Assembly: GCA_017407225.1 (NCBI GenBank)
Contig: JAFQWY010000128.1
Location: 15,365-79,364, forward strand
Reading direction: 5' to 3'
DNA from: Clostridia bacterium
Lineage (GTDB): Bacteria; Bacillota; Clostridia; Oscillospirales; CAG-272
DNA length: 64,000 bases
Positions 26,066 to 35,040 of the stretch are shown here, one piece after another. The position numbers and the translations under genes are program-made. Position 1 is the stretch's first letter; each line of letters begins with the position of its first letter. The notes beneath the pieces were generated by a model. That model saw only the letters and a list, made by a program, of their open reading frames with translations, ran no database searches and was not told where the DNA came from.

Positions 26066-27418
26066 TTATTCGCCTGCCACGGACATACCGGGAACCAGTG
26101 CGTCGGGAGCGCAGATTCTGGTGCCGCCGGGACCGCCGAAATCAAGCTCGTCGTCCAGATCGGAAATCTGTTTCAGAAGATCGAAGAAATTGCCCGCCAC
26201 GGTAAAGGATTTGACCGGTGCACCGATCTCGCCGTTTTCCAGAAGGAATCCTTCGCTCTCGATGGAGAAGTCACCGGTCACGGCATTTGCGCCTGCATGG
26301 AATCCTTTCATTCCGGTGACGAAAATGCCGTTTCCTGCCTTCTTCAGCAGTTCCTCACGGGTCATCTCACCCTTGTTGATGTAGAACGTGAATACTCTGG
26401 TACCGATGGATGCGGAGCCCCGGGATGCATTGCCGGTGGTTTCCACGCCATCCTTCTTTGCGGTCATCAGGTTATAGAGCAGAGTCTTCAGCACGCCGTT
26501 TTCCACCACATTCTTGCAGGCAGTGGGAACGCCTTCCCCGTCAAAGGGAATCTGTACCGTGTTATCCTCGCAGAAGGGATCGTCGGTGATGGTGATGCAG
26601 TCTGCGGCAATCTTCTCGCCCACCTTGCCCTTCAGGAGGGACAGTCCCTTCTGGGTTCTTTCCGCGTAGAAGCAGGACAGGAAGGTGGACAGAATCGCTT
26701 CCATCTGGTCATTCTGGAATACCACATTGTACTGACCGGTTTTTACCTTGCCCGCACCGAATTTTGCCCGTGCTTTGGCAATGGCTTCGTCGATCTTTTC
26801 CTGACGGTCGCTGTCGGGCTGGTCGAAGCTGTTGTGGAGGGATTCGCCGCCGGTCTGCTTTTCTTCGCCGTTATCCAGAACCACGCGGAAGAATTCGCCC
26901 GCATTTCCGTTGAAGCTCTTCAGATCCAGTCCGTTGGAGTTGAACAGGAAGGTGCGGCTCATGCCGGCATAAGCTCCGGATGCGGTGCCGTCAGCAATCT
27001 GTTCGTCGGATGCGTACAGGAGATTCCGGTTGGCCATGGCCCGTTCCCGGATCACAGCGGCAGTGGGAAGCTCGAATTCACGCTTCGGAACCGGATGGTA
27101 TGCCTCGGGAGCCGCACCGCCGTAGATGATGGCTTCTTCTTCCTTTTCGATGACGGAAGCGTTTTCAACCGCACGGGCAACCAGCTTTTCCATTTCGCCT
27201 TCATCCAGATACTGGGTGCTTGCATAGCCCAGCTTGCCGTCCACGATGCAGCGGTACAGGAGATTTCCGCCCACGCTGGAGGAAAATGCGCTGATTTCAT
27301 CCCGGAAAGTTTCCGCGCGGATTCCGGCATCCTCGGAGTAATACAGCTCATATTCGGCAATGCCCTGCTTTTCGGAGCATTCCCGGACGATTTTTTTCAG
27401 AATATCAAACTTTTCCAT
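26066..27418 (-). CDS. pmbA: PmbA/TldE-family metalloprotease subunit
   Basis: 450 aa with TldD/PmbA-family architecture. It lacks the HExxxH motif and lies directly downstream of tldD. Confidence 0.8.
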   Translation of the reverse strand: MEKFDILKKIVRECSEKQGIAEYELYYSEDAGIRAETFRDEISAFSSSVGGNLLYRCIVDGKLGYASTQYLDEGEMEKLVARAVENASVIEKEEEAIIYGGAAPEAYHPVPKREFELPTAAVIRERAMANRNLLYASDEQIADGTASGAYAGMSRTFLFNSNGLDLKSFNGNAGEFFRVVLDNGEEKQTGGESLHNSFDQPDSDRQEKIDEAIAKARAKFGAGKVKTGQYNVVFQNDQMEAILSTFLSCFYAERTQKGLSLLKGKVGEKIAADCITITDDPFCEDNTVQIPFDGEGVPTACKNVVENGVLKTLLYNLMTAKKDGVETTGNASRGSASIGTRVFTFYINKGEMTREELLKKAGNGIFVTGMKGFHAGANAVTGDFSIESEGFLLENGEIGAPVKSFTVAGNFFDLLKQISDLDDELDFGGPGGTRICAPDALVPGMSVAGE

Positions 27419-27436
27419 TTGTAATCCTCCCTTCGG

Positions 27437-28816
27437 TTAACGTCCGCCCACGGTGATTTCGCTGACACGGATCAGGGGCTGACCTACATCGGTGGGGATG
27501 GATCCGGACGAAGAACCGCACATACCCTGACCGGTTTCCATATCGGTGCCCACCATGTCGATGTTCTGCAGGATTTCGGAACCGGTGCCGATGAGGGATG
27601 CTGCACGGACAGGTTCACAGATCTTGCCTTCGCGGATGATGTATCCTTCGCTGACAGCGAAGTTGAAGGCACCGCTGATGGGATTTACGGAACCGCCGCC
27701 CATCTTTGCAGCGTACAGACCGTATTCGATGGAGGAAATGATGTCCTCATTCTTATCAGTGCCGGGTGCGATGAAAGTATTTGTCATGCGGGAGGTGGGA
27801 TTGTGGTGGAAGCTCTGGCGGCGGGAAGAACCGTTTTCCTGCATACCCATACGCCGTCCGTTGAGCTTGTCGATCATGTAGGATTTCAGAACGCCGTTTT
27901 CGATGAGAACCTTTCTCTGGGAAGGCGTACCCTCATCGTCGATGTTGATGGAACCCCAGCCGTTGGGGATGGTGCCGTCATCAATGGCTGTGACCTTTTC
28001 GTTGGCGATCTTCTGACCAAGCTTGCCCGCCATCTGGGAAGTATTTTTTGCTACGGAGGTTGCTTCCAGAGAATGTCCGCAGGCTTCGTGGAAAATTACG
28101 CCGCCGAATCCGTTTTCAATGGCAACGGGCATCTTGCCGGCGGGACAATATCCTGCGCTCAGGTTGACCATGGCGTGGCGTGCCGCTTCCAGTCCGATGG
28201 ATTCCGGCGGAAACAGTTCGAACAGCTCCAGCCCCATTCTTCTTCCGGGACCGCATCCGCCGGACTGATTTTCACCGTCACGGCTTGCAATGGCGCTGAC
28301 GCTCATCCGGGTGCGGATCTGCCTGTCTTCGGTGAACAGCCCGTCGGAGTTTGCGATCATGATGTTGTGATCCACATCAAGGAGACTGGCGGTTACCTGT
28401 GAAATGGCTTCGTTGTAATTCTTTGCCGCAAAGTAACCGGCTTTCAGAATGTCGATTTTTGCCGCCTTCTGAACGGTATCCGGTACCAGCTTTACAGCGT
28501 GGATATCGGGGAAAATCCGTCCGGTCAGGTGGATATCGAGAACGGTGGGCGTTTCTCCGATAACGTCGGCCACCTGTGCGGCACAGCGGAGCAGACCTTC
28601 CCGTGACAGGTCAATGGTGGATGCGCTGACACACCGGACACCGGAGAAAGCACGGATCCCCACACCTGCGATGGTGTTGTCGGTGATGCTGTCAACTTTG
28701 CCGTCCACCATGTAAATGGAGTTGGAACGGGTATTTTCCGCGAAGACCTCGGCAAAATCCGCTCCGGTGGACATGGCTTTGGCGAGAACTTCTTCAAGCA
28801 GAGCTTTTGTGAGCAT
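27437..28816 (-). CDS. tldD: TldD-family metalloprotease
   Basis: 459 aa. HEACGHSLE zinc-binding motif and the C-terminal glycine-rich TldD signature. Confidence 0.85.
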   Translation of the reverse strand: MLTKALLEEVLAKAMSTGADFAEVFAENTRSNSIYMVDGKVDSITDNTIAGVGIRAFSGVRCVSASTIDLSREGLLRCAAQVADVIGETPTVLDIHLTGRIFPDIHAVKLVPDTVQKAAKIDILKAGYFAAKNYNEAISQVTASLLDVDHNIMIANSDGLFTEDRQIRTRMSVSAIASRDGENQSGGCGPGRRMGLELFELFPPESIGLEAARHAMVNLSAGYCPAGKMPVAIENGFGGVIFHEACGHSLEATSVAKNTSQMAGKLGQKIANEKVTAIDDGTIPNGWGSINIDDEGTPSQRKVLIENGVLKSYMIDKLNGRRMGMQENGSSRRQSFHHNPTSRMTNTFIAPGTDKNEDIISSIEYGLYAAKMGGGSVNPISGAFNFAVSEGYIIREGKICEPVRAASLIGTGSEILQNIDMVGTDMETGQGMCGSSSGSIPTDVGQPLIRVSEITVGGR

Positions 28817-28853
28817 GATTTCATCCTTTCTGATTTATATGCATTTCTGAGTA

Positions 28854-30929
28854 TTACAGGACAGTGAGCAGGTACCGGCAGTTTATGATTTTTTCTGCCA
28901 GCTGCCCCTTTGAGAAATAGTAGTGGTTGGCCGCTTCAAATCCGATGGATGCATCCTTGTTCATCAGCTCCAGCATGGTGTGTGCAGTTTCGATCTCTTC
29001 CCTGACACATCTCAGCATGGTGTTCCGGTCACCACGGTCTCTGGCGCGGATGAACCGGATCTGGCTGAGGGAGGAGGCATAGAGACAGTACGCTGCCTTC
29101 GCCATGATGACGGTTTCGCAGTCATCCTCGTCCTTCAGAAGCTCCAGTCCTTCCTTCCACCTGGTGCACAGCTTGTCATACTGAGCTTCAAATACATCAA
29201 CCGGATAAACGGAACGCCAGCGTTCCAGATCGTCGTAGGCGAAGCAGGTCATGGTTGCAGAATACCCGGTCGGCTTATCATACAGGAGGGTGGAGGGGCC
29301 TGCGTTCTGGGGACCTTTGTACAGCGTGCCGATGTGGAAGGGATACTCCCGGAATGCTTCGGTGAAAATATCAACCGCGCGGCGGATGTTTTCGTTTTCT
29401 TCCTCAAAGTCACAGGACTCTGTGAAATATTTTGCAGCGTGTGCAATGTTCCGTGAGGGATATCCGCCCAGGGTCCAGCTCAGCATCAAGTGGCGTACGC
29501 CCGCTTCACGGAGTGCCTGCATATGTTCCTCAATCAGAGGATATACCGGCAGTGCGGGAACCGTGGAGCCTTCCCAGGTGGTATTGATCTGCACCTTTGC
29601 TGAAGTTTCAAGCCCGCGCTTCTTTGCGGCAGCCCACTGTCTGCGTGCTGTTTCACCGGGACCGAGGATACTCATGGAGTAATCCAGCACCTCGCCCTTC
29701 ACGCCGCCGATTTCATAAGGAACGGCAAGCTCGCTCTGACACTGAAGAATCACGCGGTCCGGCAGTTTTGCAATGATGCTCTCGTCCAGATTGCCCCATC
29801 CCCAGCTCCATGCGATGATCCTGATGTCCGGGTTCACCCGGTCGGCACCGCGGCGGTAGCATCCGATGGTATCCCCAATTACATCCGCTTCCGTCAGCTG
29901 GGAACAGCGGGGACAGGTGCATTTTCTGCCGCCGATTTCCGAATGGGAATAGCAGTTGGTGGGGTTTTCCGAACGCGTGATGGTGAAGAATCCGCCCAGA
30001 TCCGGTGCGGCACGGCAGATGGTTTCGATTCCCGATTCCAGATACTCCTTCACTTCCGGTGTGGAGGTGCACAGGCAGATCTTGTCATCGGAGAAGGTAT
30101 GTCCCTTCAGATGGGGATATTTTTCAAAAAACGATGCGGGCATGGAGCGCGGTTCGTTGAGATACAAAAACAGCTTCAGCCCGTAGCTTGCCAGTCTCCG
30201 GGAAAAATCAGCCAGATTCGCCAGCCGCTTCTCCCATCCTTCCGACAGCTCCGGTGCAAAGGGGAACGGGGTCAGACGGAACAGAATTCCCTGGGTCCAG
30301 ACCGCGTTGACTCCCAGTCTGCTGTAGGCTTCCAGCATTTCGTCGGGGCAGAAAGTGCGGCTGTCCGCATCGAAGGGATTCTGATACAGCCCGGAGAACG
30401 CGTAGATCATGCGTGTCTCGAAGGCATCTTCCCCGTGAAGCTCCAGCTTCGGCAGATCGTACCGGAACTGAAACGGCGGTACACCGTCCAGCGGGATATC
30501 CTGCATGACTGCGGCGATTTCACGGGTACGTTCCCGTTCTTCCGCAGTCAGCTCACGCCACACAACCGGCTCGCAGGCAGGCTTGGCGCCCAGCTTGATA
30601 TCCAGAAAATCGTCTTCGCGCAGGGTGACGGCAAAGGTTTCCTCATCGGTTTCCAGCAGATCCAGCAGCTGTTCGTAGGGCAGAATGTGCCACATCTGAC
30701 GGATGATGGTGATGTATCCCTTCGTCAGCCACAGATCGTCGGGCTCCCTCTCGGGAAGTCCCATCTCACGGGCGGCACAGCGTACCTGCTCCTCCGTGGC
30801 ACCCAGAATCCGGGCAATTTTTCCTGCCGGGATGTACTCATGGGCGCGGAAGATGAATGCCTGATGCCGTGTGGGAAAATGGGGCAGGGGAATGGCGGGT
30901 TTTCCGATGCCGGGAAGTTTGAATTCCAT
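28854..30929 (-). CDS. Uncharacterised 691-aa protein, possibly a GH42-like TIM-barrel glycosidase
   Basis: ATG 30929 has AGGAGGA upstream. It contains a C-x-C-x-x-C cluster (KCTCPRC) like the zinc site of GH42 beta-galactosidases. The N-terminal roughly 60 aa are helix-turn-helix-like. The function is not established. Confidence 0.45.
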   Translation of the reverse strand: MEFKLPGIGKPAIPLPHFPTRHQAFIFRAHEYIPAGKIARILGATEEQVRCAAREMGLPEREPDDLWLTKGYITIIRQMWHILPYEQLLDLLETDEETFAVTLREDDFLDIKLGAKPACEPVVWRELTAEERERTREIAAVMQDIPLDGVPPFQFRYDLPKLELHGEDAFETRMIYAFSGLYQNPFDADSRTFCPDEMLEAYSRLGVNAVWTQGILFRLTPFPFAPELSEGWEKRLANLADFSRRLASYGLKLFLYLNEPRSMPASFFEKYPHLKGHTFSDDKICLCTSTPEVKEYLESGIETICRAAPDLGGFFTITRSENPTNCYSHSEIGGRKCTCPRCSQLTEADVIGDTIGCYRRGADRVNPDIRIIAWSWGWGNLDESIIAKLPDRVILQCQSELAVPYEIGGVKGEVLDYSMSILGPGETARRQWAAAKKRGLETSAKVQINTTWEGSTVPALPVYPLIEEHMQALREAGVRHLMLSWTLGGYPSRNIAHAAKYFTESCDFEEENENIRRAVDIFTEAFREYPFHIGTLYKGPQNAGPSTLLYDKPTGYSATMTCFAYDDLERWRSVYPVDVFEAQYDKLCTRWKEGLELLKDEDDCETVIMAKAAYCLYASSLSQIRFIRARDRGDRNTMLRCVREEIETAHTMLELMNKDASIGFEAANHYYFSKGQLAEKIINCRYLLTVL

Positions 30930-30958
30930 ATTGCATCCTCCTGAATCTTGATGGAAAC

Positions 30959-30987
30959 ATTGTATCATACTTTTTGGCGGAATGCAA
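30959..30987 (-). promoter_or_regulatory. Sigma-A-type promoter of the 691-aa-protein / tldD / pmbA operon
   Basis: Minus strand: TTGCAT-17 nt-TACAAT, about 30 nt upstream of ATG 30929. Confidence 0.6.
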
Positions 30988-31027
30988 TCGGGATGATGAA
31001 TTTAACATAAAAATCATCCAAAAAACA

Positions 31028-31056
31028 TTGACAATCCGCTCCGCTTTTGCTACAAT
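31028..31056 (+). promoter_or_regulatory. Sigma-A-type promoter of the DUF4091 gene
   Basis: TTGACA-17 nt-TACAAT. An inverted repeat GATGAT-N15-ATCATC lies just upstream. Confidence 0.65.
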
Positions 31057-31092
31057 GACAACAAAGAATTCTATCTTTTACAGGAGGTTGTC

Positions 31093-32634
31093 ATGAAATA
31101 CAATGTCATCTCGTCGGCTGAGTTCACTTACCCGGACGTTTGGGAGTACCCGAGTGCGTCACAGCGGATCGATGTGTTCTCGGCAAGAGGCGGATACGCA
31201 TCCTTCCAGCTTCTTCTGGGAGAGAGGAACTCTGCGGATGTGACCGTTTCCTTCAGCGGACTGCCGGAAGGTGCGGATCCCGAAATTTACACACTGACTC
31301 CGGTGCAGGTGGAACGTAATCACAACATCGGACCGGAACAGTATGCTCCCCACTATCCCGAACGGGTGGCTCCCTACTGGCTGTACGACTGTCTCAGATC
31401 CTTTGACGGAACGCTGGATCTGACGGACGGCGCGGGCGGTCTGTATGTTTCCGTGAAGATTGACCGGACTGCGGAACCCGGCGACTATGCGGCAGTCATG
31501 ACCGTGGACGGAACCGAGATTCCCATGAATCTGAAAATTTACGCCGCCGTTGTTCCGGAAGAATCCATGAAGATGATCGTGGGCTATTCCGCCGGTGCCT
31601 GCGCAAAATACCACGGCGTGGAACTGTGGTCGGACGAATACTTCGCTCTGGAAGAAAAATATCTTGCCATGCTCCGCCGTATGCGCCAGAATATGATGTA
31701 CACAGGCGGCATCATCAAGAAAAAAGTGGGCGAGAATCAGTGGAAATTCGATTTCACCCCTTTTATTGAACAGGTAAAGCGGTACGAAAAGGCGGGAATG
31801 AAGTATTTCAACGCACCGTCCGTGGGCGGCAGAAGAAGCTGGAGTGAATCCACCATTCTGCTCAACGGAGATATCCCCGCCATGTCCTATGAAGGCTACT
31901 GCTACCTGACCCAGTACCTGCCCGCGCTGAGAAAGGTGCTGATGGAAAACGGATGGCTGGATCGGTTCGTGATGGGCATTGCCGATGAACCCAACGGAGC
32001 CAACTGCACCGAATTCCGTGCGCTTTGCGGTCTGGTGCGGAAGATCTTCCCGGAAATCCGCCTGATTGACGCCATGTCCTACGGCAATCTCCACGGTGCG
32101 CTGGATATCTGGGTGCCGCTGAACGCCGAATACGACCGTCACATGACGGAACTGGAAACCCTCCGTGCGGCAGGGGACGAAATCTGGCACTACGTCTGCT
32201 GCGGTCCCCGTGAACCCGGCTATATCAACCGGTTCATGGACTATCCGCTGCTGTCTACCAGATATCTCCACTGGGGCAATTACAAATACAACCTCACCGG
32301 ATTCCTCCACTGGGCGGCCAACTGCTATCAGCCCGGTCAGGATCCCTTCACACAGAACTGTCCCGAGCATCACAACGCCGATTCCGTCTGCTATCTGCCG
32401 GCAGGAGATACCCATGTGATCTATCCCGGCAAGGGAGAACCGTGGATGTCCATCCGTCTGGAAGCGGAACGGGAAAGTGCGGAGGAATACGAACTGCTGT
32501 GCGAACTGGCGAAGACGGACAAGGCCAAGGCCGACGCCATCTGCGAATCCGTGTTCCGTTCTTTCCGGGATGTGGAATACGATGTCAACAGATTCATCCG
32601 TGCAAAGCGCGAACTGCTGGAAGCTCTCAGCTGA
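31093..32634 (+). CDS. DUF4091 / GH123-like putative glycosidase
   Basis: 513 aa. RBS AGGAGG. IADEPN (adjacent Asp-Glu) and WHYVCCGP motifs, recalled from DUF4091/GH123-type proteins. No signal peptide. Confidence 0.55.
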   Translation: MKYNVISSAEFTYPDVWEYPSASQRIDVFSARGGYASFQLLLGERNSADVTVSFSGLPEGADPEIYTLTPVQVERNHNIGPEQYAPHYPERVAPYWLYDCLRSFDGTLDLTDGAGGLYVSVKIDRTAEPGDYAAVMTVDGTEIPMNLKIYAAVVPEESMKMIVGYSAGACAKYHGVELWSDEYFALEEKYLAMLRRMRQNMMYTGGIIKKKVGENQWKFDFTPFIEQVKRYEKAGMKYFNAPSVGGRRSWSESTILLNGDIPAMSYEGYCYLTQYLPALRKVLMENGWLDRFVMGIADEPNGANCTEFRALCGLVRKIFPEIRLIDAMSYGNLHGALDIWVPLNAEYDRHMTELETLRAAGDEIWHYVCCGPREPGYINRFMDYPLLSTRYLHWGNYKYNLTGFLHWAANCYQPGQDPFTQNCPEHHNADSVCYLPAGDTHVIYPGKGEPWMSIRLEAERESAEEYELLCELAKTDKAKADAICESVFRSFRDVEYDVNRFIRAKRELLEALS

Positions 32635-32640
32635 AAAATC

Positions 32641-32674
32641 AGACCGGTATCATTGTGGTACCGGTCTTTCTTTG
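32641..32674 (+). terminator. Intrinsic terminator after the DUF4091 gene
   Basis: AGACCGGTA ... TACCGGTCT stem followed by TTCTTTG. Confidence 0.8.
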
Positions 32675-32705
32675 TATTTCATAAGACAAAAATAGCGCAT
32701 ATGTA

Positions 32706-32734
32706 TTGACATCCGAAGAATAACATGATATACT
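32706..32734 (+). promoter_or_regulatory. Sigma-A-type promoter of the lipoprotein gene
   Basis: TTGACA-17 nt-TATACT. Confidence 0.6.
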
Positions 32735-32770
32735 ATTTATGACAACAATCATGAAAGGCGGGCGGAACGG

Positions 32771-34075
32771 ATGAAGCTTCTGTGGATGATAGCGGCGGTA
32801 TTTCTGCTGACGGGATGCGCCAATCTGAGCGAGGAACCCATTCCGGTGGATGACGTGATCGTGGAGGACGGCGTGTACAAAAACAGCGACAAGGTCTTCC
32901 GGTACGGGGAACGGACGGTGTTCGAAGACATCGAAGCCATGATTACGACTGAGGTGACACAGGAGGATTTCTGGGCGGTTTACAGCGAGGCGGACATTCT
33001 GGGAAAGCCGGAGAGATGCGTAAAGCGGATGATGACGGTGGAGGACAGAACCCGGGAGATCGGATGGTTCTATGTGGAGAAAGGGCTGAAATTCCGGAAA
33101 ATCTGCACCGATGCAGAATGCCGGGAAGACGAGGAGACAACCTGCGATCATCTGGTGCTGAATCCTGCTGCCGGCTCCTTTCAGGAAATGCTCCGTTACG
33201 GGGACAGCGTGTACTTCATCGCGCCCTATGCGGTGCCGGGGAACAGGGATATTTTCAACTACATGATTCTGCGCTGGCAGGACGGCGCCGATCATTTTGA
33301 AAAAGTCTTTGAAGCGCAGCGGTATCTTTCGGATATCCATATCTCAAACGGGCTGCTGTATGTGAATGCCGCACGGAATCTGGGGACGGAAGATACGGTT
33401 TACTGTATTCTGAATCTGGATTATCTGGTATACACGACGGTTGTGACCGAATACATGGATGCGGAATATCTTTTCGGGGAGAATCACATCATCATGTACG
33501 AACGGGGCGGAATCTTTTCGGTCAATTCCGTACTGAAGAAGGGAAATCAGCTCCTGAACGGAAACAAGCGCGGACAGATTGCAGGGGATTATTTCTGGTA
33601 CAAGGACTACGAAAGCAACGGATACTATACCCTGTACCGGATGGATCTGCGGCATCCCGGCGAAAAGGTGAAGGTCATGGAGGATATCCGTGGCTTTGCG
33701 GTCTGCGGAGAGACACTGTTCTGGCAGCCATCGGTGGAATCGGGAAATCAGATGATCTTTTCATACCGGAACTATGAGGTGGTGAAGGGGGAGAAAATCT
33801 ATGACGAAGGACTGACCGGATACGGCGGACATGACGGTCTGAAAATCATGCGGGCGAGAATTTTCTCTGATATGACCCTCGGTACCCCGGAAACCGTGGC
33901 GGAAGCCGGACAGAACGAATGGATCGGATCCGAACGGGAATGGCTCATCATCGGAGACAAACTCCTGTACAAAACCGTCTCTCCCGGCAATCAGGAGGAC
34001 ATCAAATGGTATGAGCACATCTACATCGCCGACTGGCAGAAAACGCGGAAGTTTTCCGAACGTGCGGTGCGGTGA
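32771..34075 (+). CDS. Lipoprotein of unknown function
   Basis: Signal peptide with lipobox MKLLWMIAAVFLLTGC. Beta-rich, Tyr/Gly-rich body (possibly a propeller-like fold). Confidence 0.7.
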   Translation: MKLLWMIAAVFLLTGCANLSEEPIPVDDVIVEDGVYKNSDKVFRYGERTVFEDIEAMITTEVTQEDFWAVYSEADILGKPERCVKRMMTVEDRTREIGWFYVEKGLKFRKICTDAECREDEETTCDHLVLNPAAGSFQEMLRYGDSVYFIAPYAVPGNRDIFNYMILRWQDGADHFEKVFEAQRYLSDIHISNGLLYVNAARNLGTEDTVYCILNLDYLVYTTVVTEYMDAEYLFGENHIIMYERGGIFSVNSVLKKGNQLLNGNKRGQIAGDYFWYKDYESNGYYTLYRMDLRHPGEKVKVMEDIRGFAVCGETLFWQPSVESGNQMIFSYRNYEVVKGEKIYDEGLTGYGGHDGLKIMRARIFSDMTLGTPETVAEAGQNEWIGSEREWLIIGDKLLYKTVSPGNQEDIKWYEHIYIADWQKTRKFSERAVR

Positions 34076-34110
34076 ATTTCCGGAAAATACGAAAAAATAC
34101 AGTTTTCCTC

Positions 34111-34139
34111 TTGACAGAACGGTGAAAGTCTGATATAAT
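34111..34139 (+). promoter_or_regulatory. Sigma-A-type promoter of the metallophosphoesterase leader
   Basis: Perfect TTGACA-17 nt-TATAAT. Confidence 0.7.
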
Positions 34140-34166
34140 ATTCAACCCGAATATTCCGAATCGATG

Positions 34167-34230
34167 AAAACCTTTATTCCGTGACTGCGTACTGCCTGAC
34201 AAGACCCGGCTGCCGAATAAAGGTTTTTTT
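34167..34230 (+). terminator. Intrinsic terminator inside the 5' leader of the metallophosphoesterase gene (attenuator or riboswitch expression platform)
   Basis: Perfect 13-bp stem AAAACCTTTATTC / GAATAAAGGTTTT enclosing a 35-nt loop, followed by T7. It lies between the promoter at 34111..34139 and the ATG at 34281. Confidence 0.7.
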
Positions 34231-34280
34231 GCCCCCGTTTGTGAAAGTAACCGCTGTTCTGCAAAAAAAGGAGGATTCAG

Positions 34281-34979
34281 ATGACCTATGTGATGTCGGA
34301 CCTGCACGGTCAGTACGAAAAATACCTGAAGATGCTGGAAAAAATCTCGTTTTCGGAGGAGGATGACCTTTATATTGTGGGAGATGTGGTGGACAGAGGC
34401 CCCCAGCCCGTGGAGCTTCTCCGGGATATGAGCCTGCGGATCAATGTATTCCCCATTATGGGCAACCACGATATGACTGCCGCCCTGCTTCTGCGGAAGC
34501 TGTGTACGGAAATTACGGAAGACAACTGCGAAAACCAGATAGACGGAGAGCTTCTGAAGGTGATTGCCATGTGGCAGAACGACGGCGGACAGACAACGCT
34601 GGAAGGATTCCGGAAGCTGGCTCCCGAAGACAGGGAAGCGCTGATTGAGTACATGGAGGACTTTGCACCGTACGAAATCGTGACTGTGGGCGGCCGGAAA
34701 TTCATTCTGGTACACGGCGGCATTCCCTACAGCAAACGGAGTCTGCCCATGAAGGAGCAGTCCGTTCATGAGTTGGTGACGGAACGTCCCGACTACAGCA
34801 AACGGTACTACAAGAATGTGTACATGGTGACCGGACACACCCCCACCGTGACCATCGGAAAACAGTATGCCGGTCATATTTACCGGGAAAACGGTCATAT
34901 TGCCATCGACTGCGGCGCAGGATTTGATCTTTCGCTGGGCTGCATCCGCCTGGACGATTTCTATGAGTTCTATGTATAA
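34281..34979 (+). CDS. Calcineurin-like metallophosphoesterase (PPP/ApaH-type phosphatase)
   Basis: Motifs DLHG, GDVVDRG and GNHD in canonical order. RBS AAGGAGG. Confidence 0.85.
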   Translation: MTYVMSDLHGQYEKYLKMLEKISFSEEDDLYIVGDVVDRGPQPVELLRDMSLRINVFPIMGNHDMTAALLLRKLCTEITEDNCENQIDGELLKVIAMWQNDGGQTTLEGFRKLAPEDREALIEYMEDFAPYEIVTVGGRKFILVHGGIPYSKRSLPMKEQSVHELVTERPDYSKRYYKNVYMVTGHTPTVTIGKQYAGHIYRENGHIAIDCGAGFDLSLGCIRLDDFYEFYV

Positions 34980-35005
34980 ACGATTCCCGGCACCCATACA
35001 GAACA

Positions 35006-35040
35006 GAACCTCCCTTGACGAATCAGGGGAGGTTCATTTT
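35006..35040. terminator. Bidirectional terminator between the phosphoesterase and Mo-hydroxylase genes
   Basis: GAACCTCCC ... GGGAGGTTC stem followed by ATTTTTATT. Confidence 0.75.

Noticed and set aside
34164-34184. 6-codon mini-ORF (MKTFIP) overlapping the 5' arm of the leader terminator, considered as a leader peptide for ribosome-mediated attenuation.
   Set aside because: There is no Shine-Dalgarno sequence upstream and no codon bias pointing to a sensed amino acid. It is kept only as a remote possibility within the attenuator finding.
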